Shown here in pieces: positions 1-7,464 of a stretch of 52,321 bases of DNA. The position numbers were made by a program, and so were the translations under genes. The stretch lies in NCBI GenBank assembly GCA_040755335.1, contig JBFMAU010000002.1, positions 1 to 52,321 on the forward strand, given 5' to 3'. The stretch's first letter is position 1. Every line of letters starts with the position of its first letter. The notes beneath the pieces were generated by a model. The model was not told the origin of the DNA and did no database searches. It was given only the letters and a program-made list of their open reading frames with translations. This stretch comes from Acidobacteriota bacterium (GTDB lineage Bacteria; Acidobacteriota; Blastocatellia; UBA7656).

Positions 1-429
1 TGGTTTTCCCTGCGTTTTGATCTCCCGCAGTTTATCCGCGAGCGTCTTTATCGCCTCGTCCCAGGTTATCTCTTCGAACTGACCCGCGCCGCGCTCGCCC
101 GTTCTCTTCAAAGGCCCGCGAATTCTATCGGGGTTGTAGAGCAATTGAAGCCCCGCCTGACCGCGCGCGCACAACGCGCCGCGATTGACGGGATGCGCCG
201 GGTTGCCTTCGATCTTGTTAGCCCTGTGTTCGCGCGTTCGGACGATGATGCCGCAACCGGCGTCGCACAAACAGCACGCGCTCGCCTTCCAATAATCTAT
301 TCCCGGCACATACTCGTCATCAGGTATGAGAGCGGGTATGAGTTTTTCTTCCGGGTGGCGACAGGCACTAAGCATACCCGCGCTCGTCGCGCCCACACCG
401 GTCAGTACGATGAATTTTCTTCGATTCAT
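1..429 (-). CDS. Molybdopterin-oxidoreductase-like subunit with Tat-type signal, ActB-like (alternative complex III). Only the N-terminal 143 codons are in the window; the gene continues past the left edge.
   Basis: Absent from the ORF track because there is no stop in the window. My translation from ATG 427-429 (minus): MNRRKFIVLTGVGATSAGMLSACRHPEE...WKASACCLCDAGCGIIVRTREHRANKIEGNPAHPVNRGALCARGQAGLQLLYNPDR. It has an RRxF-type signal and a CxxCxxxC N-terminal Fe-S motif. It lies directly downstream of a pentahaem cytochrome gene, as in actA-actB. Confidence 0.75.
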   Translation of the reverse strand, partial: MNRRKFIVLTGVGATSAGMLSACRHPEEKLIPALIPDDEYVPGIDYWKASACCLCDAGCGIIVRTREHRANKIEGNPAHPVNRGALCARGQAGLQLLYNPDRIRGPLKRTGERGAGQFEEITWDEAIKTLADKLREIKTQGKP

Positions 430-435
430 AACTCT

Positions 436-504
436 TCAAAAAAAGTCTGGAGTCGAGAGTCTGGGGTCTGGAGTCAGAATAAAACCACTGACTACTGACC
501 ACTG
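436..504 (-). repeat. Composite intercistronic short-tandem-repeat element: (GGTCAGT)n - TTTTATTCTGACTCCA - (GACTCCA)n - T-run
   Basis: Minus-strand reading: TAG CAGTGGTCAGTAGTCAGTGG TTTTATTCTGACTCCAGACCCCAGACTCTCGACTCCAGACTTTTTTTGAAGAGTT ATG. It shares exact 16-nt and 22-nt blocks with the element at 32004-32097. Confidence 0.85.
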
Positions 505-1041
505 CTAACGATGGCACACATAGCAATCGTTGCTCACCTGTTTTTGAGCGTGGCACTCGATGCACCAGCCCATGGTCTGATTGACTTCGCGTCGCACTCT
601 TCGCATATTGCCGATGTCGCCGTGGCACTCCTGGCAACTGATCCCGGCGCGGATGTGCGGCTTGTGAGTGAAGTATGCGTTGGCCTCCCTTTTGAACCAG
701 TAGACTCTCACCCACGCAGGCTGCTCGTTGCGGGCGGCAATGGAAGCGAGTTTTTGCACCTCGGAGCTTTCTGTCGCGATGCTTTCGTGACAGACCATGC
801 AGGTCGAGATATTGGGGATAGTGGCGTGCGCGGACTTGTCTGCGTGTTCGTGACAGAAAGCGCATTCCAGTTGCGGCCCTTCTTCTTTCGTCACGTGCTG
901 CCAGTGATTGTACTCGATGGGCTGTACGGGCGCTTCAGGCTTGCCGAAAACATCGAGCAGAATGAAGCCTGAAACTATTATCACGGCTGCAACGAGTATA
1001 AGGACTTTTGACAGTCGCTTCATTATCTCCATCGCCTGCAA
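505..1041 (-). CDS. Membrane-anchored pentahaem cytochrome c (ActA-like)
   Basis: Five CxxCH motifs (CAFCH, CMVCH, CQECH, CIECH, CYVCH) and an N-terminal TM helix. The start is ambiguous (TTG 1041, ATG 1032 or ATG 1023). Confidence 0.85.
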   Translation of the reverse strand: MQAMEIMKRLSKVLILVAAVIIVSGFILLDVFGKPEAPVQPIEYNHWQHVTKEEGPQLECAFCHEHADKSAHATIPNISTCMVCHESIATESSEVQKLASIAARNEQPAWVRVYWFKREANAYFTHKPHIRAGISCQECHGDIGNMRRVRREVNQTMGWCIECHAQKQVSNDCYVCHR

Positions 1042-1225
1042 TGAGCCAGACTTTCGATTCCCACCTTGTTTGTTATTGTGTCGCCGCGAGACTCAACGAC
1101 TGATGTGGCGGATTGAAACTCTGAGATGATACTACCCCTAAGAGAAAAATGCACAGCGAGATCGGCAGGCCGCCAGCGCGCTGCACATCGACCGGGGCAG
1201 CTTCGTTGAAAGAGCATGTGATGAA

Positions 1226-1774
1226 CTATTCGATGCCCAATCGGAAAACGAATCCGACCTGCGCGCGGAAGTTGTGCGAGGTGTCGTCTTCGCCTCTGAT
1301 CGGAAGATAGTCGAACTGAATCAATCGCACCCCCAGACGTTTGCTCACGTTGATGTCGACGCCGCCTCCGACGGCGAATGCGAAATCGGTCTCCGAGTCG
1401 AACGTCTCGACTTTAGTCCTCGCCGCGCCGAAGAGAACATGGCCGAAGAAATTAGCTCCCCCTTTGCGGTGAGTGAGACGCGGGCCGAAAAGAAAAGTGT
1501 ATGTGTTCACGTCGAACTGAGGGTTCAAACGAATGCCCGGTATGGTCGCCTCTCCGTACTGCCCGCTTATTTCCGCCGCCACGCCGAAATAATGATTCAC
1601 GTTTCCGGCCACGCTTGCGGTGAATCCGGGAACGTGAAGACTTTCACGCTCGATGAATTGATCAGAGTTGAAATAAGAGTAGCCTCCGAAAATCTCGAAG
1701 CGCGGATAACTCTCCTGAGCATGAGCCTCACAGCAGGCCGCGAAAAAAACTGCGAGCAAAATAATTTTCTTCAT
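1226..1774 (-). CDS. Outer-membrane beta-barrel protein (OmpA-like/porin-type small barrel)
   Basis: Signal peptide MKKIILLAVFFAACCEAHAQ and an alternating aromatic/Gly beta-strand pattern. ATG 1774 is preceded by AAGGTGA. The track start at 1783 is a GTG. Confidence 0.75.
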   Translation of the reverse strand: MKKIILLAVFFAACCEAHAQESYPRFEIFGGYSYFNSDQFIERESLHVPGFTASVAGNVNHYFGVAAEISGQYGEATIPGIRLNPQFDVNTYTFLFGPRLTHRKGGANFFGHVLFGAARTKVETFDSETDFAFAVGGGVDINVSKRLGVRLIQFDYLPIRGEDDTSHNFRAQVGFVFRLGIE

Positions 1775-1848
1775 CGCTCTCACCTTTCAAGTCATCTCGA
1801 AATTCGGGCGAGAATAATAAACTCCGCAATGAGAAGTTTCAATCCATT

Positions 1849-2045
1849 CCACGAAGGAACACGAAGGGGAGGAGAAAGAACACAAAGGGGTTCGCAAGGC
1901 GCGACTTCCCTTCTTCGCTATTCTCCTTGAAGCAGCATGAAGAAACTCGAAGACGGTTCCGCGAAGTGACTCGAAGAAACTCGGAGAAGGAATCGTTCTT
2001 CGCTTTCCTTCGTGTTCCTTCGTTTCCCTTCGCGTTCCTTCGTGG
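1849..2045. repeat. About 200-bp imperfect palindromic element built from CGAAGGAAC-type ~10-nt units (MITE/REP-like)
   Basis: The left end CCACGAAGGAACACGAAGGGGA is near-complementary to the right end TTCCCTTCGCGTTCCTTCGTGG. The right arm is a tandem array: TTCCTTCGTG TTCCTTCGTT TCCCTTCGCG TTCCTTCGTGG. Confidence 0.7.
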
Positions 2046-2985
2046 AGTGGAGTTGTCTCCTCAAGGCCGAATCCGTAAACTTGAACGAGCAGTGCTGAAG
2101 ACTCTGGACAACTACATAGAATCAAAAGCGACGGAGCGCGACCGGAGATTCGCGCGCATACTCGCCGCGTCGGTCGTCTGCCACATCGTATTCTGGTCTG
2201 TGGTCATCAGACTCGACATCTGGACGAAGTGGGAAGAAACCCGCGCGGCGCAGCCTGAACTCGTAGTGGTCGCAGAGATCGCGCCTCCGCCTGAGCGACC
2301 CTTGCGCGCGACTCCTGAAAAACTGGATCGCGTCGATAAAGAGAATCTCAAGTTCGATCCACGTCGCGCCGATGATATAAACCTCGTCGCCCGCTCGCCT
2401 AAACTCGGAAGCCCCGCCGGAAAACAGACTGGATCAGTGAAACCTCAAACCGCAAAATCATCCGCGTCGCCCGCTCCACCTGCCGCCGCTGATGATAAAA
2501 GGTTGATCGCCATCGCTCCGCCCTTGCCTGTAGTGACGGCTCAAACGCCAGCGCAGACGAGTAACGTCCCGGCAGCTTCTCTGCCTACTCAAACCACAGC
2601 CGCGCCTCCCGCGCCTCCCGCTCAATCGGGCCAACAGTCTGAGCGCGAAGAGAGACAGGGAACGAGAGAGCTTTCTCTTCAGACTATCGAGAGCCAGTAT
2701 CTCGCTTACGTCAGAGCGAGGATTCGTCAGGCCAACGAACGCATCATGCCTGCCGATTGGATCAGAGATGTGCTGACTCAGAGGGTGTCGGCTGATTTCG
2801 AAATCATGATTGCGCGCAGTGGTCAGTTGCTCTCGGCCCGACTCACAAGGTCGAGCGGTTATCCCACGCTTGACGACGCGGCGCGTCAGGCTATATACAT
2901 AGCCAGGCCCTTCGAAGGATATCCCCCCGGCGCAGGCGACACGCTCACATTGAAAGTGACCGTCTACTACGCGCCATCGCGGTGA
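1927..2985 (+). CDS. TonB-family protein (TM anchor, Pro/Ala-rich linker, TonB C-terminal domain)
   Basis: TM helix ILAASVVCHIVFWSVVI, a PAPPAA/Pro-rich spacer, and a C-terminal ...SGQLLSARLTRSSGYPTLDDAARQAIYIARPF... The first ~40 codons of the track ORF lie in the palindromic repeat, so the true start is probably downstream (GTG 2047 or 2089). Confidence 0.7.
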   Translation: MKQHEETRRRFREVTRRNSEKESFFAFLRVPSFPFAFLRGVELSPQGRIRKLERAVLKTLDNYIESKATERDRRFARILAASVVCHIVFWSVVIRLDIWTKWEETRAAQPELVVVAEIAPPPERPLRATPEKLDRVDKENLKFDPRRADDINLVARSPKLGSPAGKQTGSVKPQTAKSSASPAPPAAADDKRLIAIAPPLPVVTAQTPAQTSNVPAASLPTQTTAAPPAPPAQSGQQSEREERQGTRELSLQTIESQYLAYVRARIRQANERIMPADWIRDVLTQRVSADFEIMIARSGQLLSARLTRSSGYPTLDDAARQAIYIARPFEGYPPGAGDTLTLKVTVYYAPSR

Positions 2986-2991
2986 ACTTCA

Positions 2992-5472
2992 ATGAGCAGT
3001 TCCAAAAATACAACAGTCGGCTTCACACTGGCCGCAGTGATTGTAACCCTTCTGTCTCCGCTTCAATCCCTCGCGCGTCAGCGCGACTCGCGCGCGGATC
3101 AGGATTCGCGGCCCCGCAGGGTCGAGTATAAAACCGCCGACGGGCCTGTGATTCGCGTGGGGCTGATGAGGGATGTCGCGTCTGTGACGGTGAGCGCGCC
3201 CTTTGGGATCAACGCTCGGCGCTTGAGGGATGATGAGAAAGATCGAAGGCCGGTTTATGCGGAAGCGCGCGTGGAAGTTCGCTCTGCGCCGGTCGCTGCA
3301 CCTCAGTATCGCGTCGAAGTCATAAGCACTTCGGATGCGGCAACGGCGCGAAGAACATCTGATGAAGTGAAGAAGAAATTTCGCGAACAGGTCTCGACCA
3401 CCTATGACGCCGCGTCGAAAAAATACACCGTTCTGATCGGGCAGTTCGAATCGAGAGAAGAAGCCTCGAATATGGTCGAGCGACTTCGCCGCGCCGATTT
3501 CAAATCCGCTCGCGTAGCAATGGATTCAAAAGACGCAATCGCCGATGATGAGAAACGAGGCTATCAACCTCGCTACACCCAGACGCCAGCGCGAGCCGTG
3601 CGGCAAAACCGTTTGCAGTTGGTCGCTTTCGACGCGGGCAAACTCGTAGCATCAAGCGACGATCTGATCATCATCACCCCGGCAGAGTCACAGGAAAAAA
3701 CCGAACCGACCAGGACCGTCAAATTCGACCGCGATAGCGCAGTCAAAAATGAGCGCGATCAAAATTCGCGTCGCGATGAGATAGAAAATGATCGCGCCGT
3801 GACAAAACCGCTCGCTGTCAAAATCGGAAATCGGGAGTATCGCGGCGAGATTCATCTCGCGCTCAACGAGCGCGGGCGAATCAATGTGATAAACGCCCTT
3901 CCGCTTGAGCAGTACCTTCGCGGAGTCGTGCCGATGGAGCTATCGCCCGGAGCCTTTCCCGAAATCGAAGCCCTCAAGGCTCAGGCCGTGGCGGCGCGCT
4001 CTTACGCCATCTCGCAGCAGGGCCGCTACAGCGCGGAAGGATTCGATCTGAGAGACGACGCTTACTCGCAGGTCTACGGCGGGCTGACCGCCGAGCGACC
4101 GCTCACGAATCGCGCGGTCGAAGAGACTCGCGGAATGGTGGCTATGCATCGCGACGAGGAGGGGCGCGACTCGTTGATAGAAGCTCTCTACACTTCGACC
4201 TGCGGAGGGAGGACGGAAAACAACGAAGCGATATTTTTAGGCAGGCCGCTTCCCTATCTCCGCTCTGTAGAGTGCGCGCCTGATTCTCAATCGGCGCGCG
4301 AAGTGAAATCAAATCGTCAAACTGAGATCGTGAGCGCAGACGGGCGAATGCTTGGGCGCGAGATAGCGATTATGGATGTCGCGGGGTTTTCGATTCCTTC
4401 TCGCATCGCTCCTCAATACCTGCGCGCTCAGGCTGACAGAGATGAACTTTTTCGGTGGGCCGATAATCTGGCCGCGCTCGCTAGGCGCCCGCGCCCGCGC
4501 CTGAAAGGAGATGTCACGCGATTGCCCGCCTTCGCCTCGCTCATCGCGTCGGCTCTTTATGGAGAAAGCCGCGCTTCATTGCTTCTTTCGTCGGCGGATG
4601 TGGATTACATTCTCACGGGGCTTGGCGGCGATGACATAGCGCGAGAGATGCGCGCCGACATAGCTTTGCTCTTGAAAGAAGGCATACTGCGACTAGCAGA
4701 AAACAGATTGAGCGCCTCCATCACTCGCGCTTTTGCTGTTGAAACAATCGCCCGCGCTCTTTATCTCAAACCCCAACTCTCGAATCTTAAATCCGCCGCC
4801 TCGCGCCCTGCGGAATCAGGCCGCCTCGCGATCAATTCCGATGCAGCGCGTTCGCAGGCGAAGCAGTCAGCGACAGACGCGGATCGCGCCGCAGGCTTTG
4901 AGATAGAAAAAAACGCATGGCTGTTTCGCCGATTGGGAGGAGAAAGCTATGCGACAAATCGCCTGACGATCATAGGCGGCGAGAAAATCACTTATCATTT
5001 GAACCTCGCCGGTCGCGTTGATTTTCTGGAAGCGGAAGTCGCCGAGCGCGGAGCCGCAAGCGACCGATTCTCCTCGGTTTCTTACTGGCAGGAGCGAGTG
5101 AGCGCGGACGAGTTGAAGCGAAGGCTTGCTCGATTGCGCTCAGTTGCGGGCGAGATAGACGACCTCGCGCCTGTCGAGTATGGCGCGTCGGGTCGGGTGA
5201 TCGAACTCGATGTAGTGAGCGGAGAGCGGAAAGTGCGGCTTCGCGGCCATCAGATTCGCAGCGCACTGGGACTCAAAGAGAATCTCTTCGTAATCGACAC
5301 CGAGAGAGACGAGCGAGGTCGCCCGACAGTTTTTATATTCACGGGCCGGGGCTGGGGCCACGGAGTGGGCTTGTGTCAGACCGGGGCTTACGGTCTGGCG
5401 AAAGAAGGCTATTCCTACTCGGCCATACTCCAGAAGTATTACACCGGCGTGAAGGTGAAGAAGATTTACTGA
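2992..5472 (+). CDS. SpoIID/LytB-domain protein with SPOR-like domain (cell-wall amidase-enhancer family)
   Basis: Signal/TM at the N-terminus. SPOR-like segment YRVEVISTSDAATA...YTVLIGQFESREEASNMVERLR. SpoIID motifs LEQYLRGVVPMEL, ALKAQAVAARSYA, YTSTCGGRTENN and a C-terminal GWGHGVGLCQTGAYGLA. Confidence 0.85.
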   Translation: MSSSKNTTVGFTLAAVIVTLLSPLQSLARQRDSRADQDSRPRRVEYKTADGPVIRVGLMRDVASVTVSAPFGINARRLRDDEKDRRPVYAEARVEVRSAPVAAPQYRVEVISTSDAATARRTSDEVKKKFREQVSTTYDAASKKYTVLIGQFESREEASNMVERLRRADFKSARVAMDSKDAIADDEKRGYQPRYTQTPARAVRQNRLQLVAFDAGKLVASSDDLIIITPAESQEKTEPTRTVKFDRDSAVKNERDQNSRRDEIENDRAVTKPLAVKIGNREYRGEIHLALNERGRINVINALPLEQYLRGVVPMELSPGAFPEIEALKAQAVAARSYAISQQGRYSAEGFDLRDDAYSQVYGGLTAERPLTNRAVEETRGMVAMHRDEEGRDSLIEALYTSTCGGRTENNEAIFLGRPLPYLRSVECAPDSQSAREVKSNRQTEIVSADGRMLGREIAIMDVAGFSIPSRIAPQYLRAQADRDELFRWADNLAALARRPRPRLKGDVTRLPAFASLIASALYGESRASLLLSSADVDYILTGLGGDDIAREMRADIALLLKEGILRLAENRLSASITRAFAVETIARALYLKPQLSNLKSAASRPAESGRLAINSDAARSQAKQSATDADRAAGFEIEKNAWLFRRLGGESYATNRLTIIGGEKITYHLNLAGRVDFLEAEVAERGAASDRFSSVSYWQERVSADELKRRLARLRSVAGEIDDLAPVEYGASGRVIELDVVSGERKVRLRGHQIRSALGLKENLFVIDTERDERGRPTVFIFTGRGWGHGVGLCQTGAYGLAKEGYSYSAILQKYYTGVKVKKIY

Positions 5473-5494
5473 TGGTCAGTGGTCAGTGGTCAGT
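5473..5494 (+). repeat. Heptamer tandem repeat (GGTCAGT)x3 abutting the stop codon
   Basis: TGA TGGTCAGTGGTCAGTGGTCAGT. The same heptamer array follows the stops at 505 (minus) and 32003. Confidence 0.85.
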
Positions 5495-5526
5495 ATGTCG
5501 ATCATCTCTTCACCTTTTCTCTCTAT

Positions 5527-5570
5527 CTCCCACACTCCCACACTCCCATTCACCTCATCACCTCATCACC
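5527..5570 (+). repeat. 8-nt tandem units (CTCCCACA)x2-3 then (CACCTCAT)x2-3
   Basis: The sequence reads ctcccacactcccacactcccattcacctcatcacctcatcacc. It is the inverted counterpart of the GGGAG-type array at 6223-6256. Confidence 0.8.
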
Positions 5571-5688
5571 TTTTCACCCCCGCGCCTCTTCATTTCTTTT
5601 CCATTGCGCGAAAATCAGGTAAAACTTATCCGACGATCGCGAGGGCCGCCATCGTGATTGCGCATCATCATTTTCATGGGAAGAAGAA

Positions 5689-6213
5689 ATGTCGGCATTT
5701 TCGAGAAAGATCAATATCGAGATGGACTGGATCGACGCGACGGCGTTCGAGATACGCGGCTCGCTCGACGATGAGGTTCATTCGCTCACGGCTCGACTCG
5801 TGGTGAGTTTTCCCGAGTTCGTCATTCGCAGAGCCGCGGGCGAGATAACACGCATGCCTTACATGGGCTATTGCACGGGCGCAGTGGGGGCGCTCGCGCG
5901 GCTCGAAGGCGAAAAGATAGGTCGCGGGTTTCGTCGTCGCGCCGCTGAAATACTCGGAGGCGCGGAAAGCTGCAATCACCTGCACACTTTGATTTTCAAC
6001 ATGAGCGCGAGCGCGTTTCAGATGAATTACGTCGCGGCGAAGCAACGCCCCGGCGCGGAAGAGTTCATCCGTCAGGCAGGCGATGACGCGGCTCTGCGTC
6101 GCCAAATGGTGCTGGGATGGATGCCACAGTTGAAAAATTCGTGCTACCTCTTCAGCGACGCCGCCGACGCGCTCTTTCAGATCGAAAGCAAACGTGTTGA
6201 GAGCGACGAGTGA
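5689..6213 (+). CDS. Conserved hypothetical protein, possibly DUF2889 family
   Basis: Clean 174-aa ORF whose pattern (DDEVHSL...RMPYMGYCTGA...GAESCNHLHTL) resembles DUF2889. This is recalled from memory only. Confidence 0.55.
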   Translation: MSAFSRKINIEMDWIDATAFEIRGSLDDEVHSLTARLVVSFPEFVIRRAAGEITRMPYMGYCTGAVGALARLEGEKIGRGFRRRAAEILGGAESCNHLHTLIFNMSASAFQMNYVAAKQRPGAEEFIRQAGDDAALRRQMVLGWMPQLKNSCYLFSDAADALFQIESKRVESDE

Positions 6214-6222
6214 TGCGAGGAT

Positions 6223-6280
6223 GAATGGGAGAGTGGGGGAATGGGAGAATGGGAGCGATGGCTTTTAATCTCCCACTCAT
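6223..6280 (+). repeat. GGGAG-type short tandem units plus a complementary CTCCCAC arm (hairpin)
   Basis: gaatgggagagtgggggaatgggagaatgggag cgatggcttttaat ctcccactca. It is the reverse complement of the unit family at 5527-5550 and 40160-40190. Confidence 0.75.
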
Positions 6281-6298
6281 CTTCCTGGGAGGAGCGAT

Positions 6299-6739
6299 AT
6301 GGGTAAATACTTTGAAGATTTCGAAGTGGGTCAGGAGACTCTGACCGCAGGGCGCACGATAACCGAGACTGACATCGTGAACTTCGCCGGAATCACCGGA
6401 GACTGGAACGAGATTCATACCAACCGTGAGCTTGCTGAAAGCGGCCCCTTCGGTCAGCGCATAGCCCACGGCGCGTTGATCTTTTCCATCTCTACCGGCT
6501 TGAATGTGAGGCTTGGTTTGACTTACGACACGATCATCGCCTTCTACGGGCTTGATCGTTTGAGGTTTGTAAAACCGACTTTCATCGGCGACACGATTCG
6601 CGTGCGCACAGAGGTGAAAGAAAAAACCGAACGCGACCGCGCGAGCGGCATCATAACCACGCTCAACGAGGTCATCAATCAGCGCGGAGAGGTCGTCATC
6701 AGTTACATCGCCAAATCTCTCATCAAGCGCCGCGCATAG
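6299..6739 (+). CDS. MaoC-like (R)-specific enoyl-CoA hydratase/dehydratase (hot-dog fold)
   Basis: MGKYFEDFEVGQ...TETDIVNFAGITGDWNEIHTN...RIAHGAL. RBS GGGAGGAG lies upstream. Confidence 0.85.
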   Translation: MGKYFEDFEVGQETLTAGRTITETDIVNFAGITGDWNEIHTNRELAESGPFGQRIAHGALIFSISTGLNVRLGLTYDTIIAFYGLDRLRFVKPTFIGDTIRVRTEVKEKTERDRASGIITTLNEVINQRGEVVISYIAKSLIKRRA

Positions 6740-6740
6740 A

Positions 6741-7259
6741 TCAGGATTCGACGCGATTGTAGACCATCTTGATCACCTGAATCCCGCGCGGGCCGCTGAT
6801 CGATATCGTTATGGTCAGAGTCTTGCCGTCCTGCGATAGCTCGCGCCGCTCGGAGGTGTCGGTGTGAAACACATCGCCGCCGCCTCGGAGTTGAAACGAA
6901 GATGAAGATTTCGATTCAAGCTTCATCTTGTCCCATTTGGTTTTCGACTTTACATCGCCGTTGCCTATGAGGGCGGGGTTGGTCTCGCCGCGCCCGTCGC
7001 TGTAGTATATGCGCTCCTGGCTCGAAGTGTTCCCGTTGAGGTCGATCTTTTGCAGGATTTTAAGCTCAGGCTCTTTGTGAGTGATGACGAGCGTGATTTC
7101 GGCGTTTGCGGCGGGCGCGCGCTGGAGCGGCCCCAGATTGCTTTTCGATCTGTCGAACATCCACGTCCCGCTGAAATCCGGCTTGGCGTCTTTGGGTTTG
7201 TCGGTCTGCGCAAGCGCGAGGCTCGCGCACATAAGCAAAAATACAATCATCTTTTTCAT
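6741..7259 (-). CDS. Secreted hypothetical protein
   Basis: Signal peptide MKKMIVFLLMCASLALAQ and coding-like composition. No family recognised. Confidence 0.6.
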   Translation of the reverse strand: MKKMIVFLLMCASLALAQTDKPKDAKPDFSGTWMFDRSKSNLGPLQRAPAANAEITLVITHKEPELKILQKIDLNGNTSSQERIYYSDGRGETNPALIGNGDVKSKTKWDKMKLESKSSSSFQLRGGGDVFHTDTSERRELSQDGKTLTITISISGPRGIQVIKMVYNRVES

Positions 7260-7306
7260 AAGCCGGATAATCTCTCCTCAGTCGCGCGCAGTCAAGCCGC
7301 GTTTGA

Positions 7307-7335
7307 TTGTCCGCTCTCTGCGGCTTGGATATAAT
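7307..7335 (+). promoter_or_regulatory. Candidate sigma70-type promoter (TTGTCC-17 nt-TATAAT)
   Basis: -35 at 7307-7312, a perfect -10 TATAAT at 7330-7335, 17-nt spacer. Lies about 130 nt upstream of ATG 7465. Confidence 0.4.
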
Positions 7336-7363
7336 CTGGCCGCTTCCTAACACCATTTTCACA

Positions 7364-7464
7364 GGAGCCTCGTGGCGCAATCTGACGGATTGCGCGTCCT
7401 GAAAATATGAAAACCGGGGGCCACGCAAGACGAGTCTTGCGCCACTTTTTCCAAGGAGTCAGTA
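7364..7464 (+). promoter_or_regulatory. Conserved structured 5' leader motif, copy A (hairpin - GAAAATATGAAAA - hairpin - SD)
   Basis: GCGCAATC(7375-82)/GATTGCGC(7388-95) and CGCAAG(7424-29)/CTTGCG(7436-41). Alignable over about 100 nt with 23510-23616. In both copies the motif ATG lies exactly 58 nt before the gene ATG. Confidence 0.6.

Noticed and set aside
145-498. 117-aa plus-strand ORF at the left edge
   Set aside because: The opposite strand encodes a clear Tat-signal/Fe-S N-terminus of a molybdopterin-oxidoreductase-like protein that is open to the window edge. The plus-strand ORF runs into the repeat element.
5486-5806. ORFs translated from the low-complexity repeats between spoIID and the DUF2889-like gene (also 5373-5657)
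   Set aside because: Their Pro/His/Ser/Leu-rich sequence derives from the 8-nt tandem units. They overlap flanking real genes and have no RBS.
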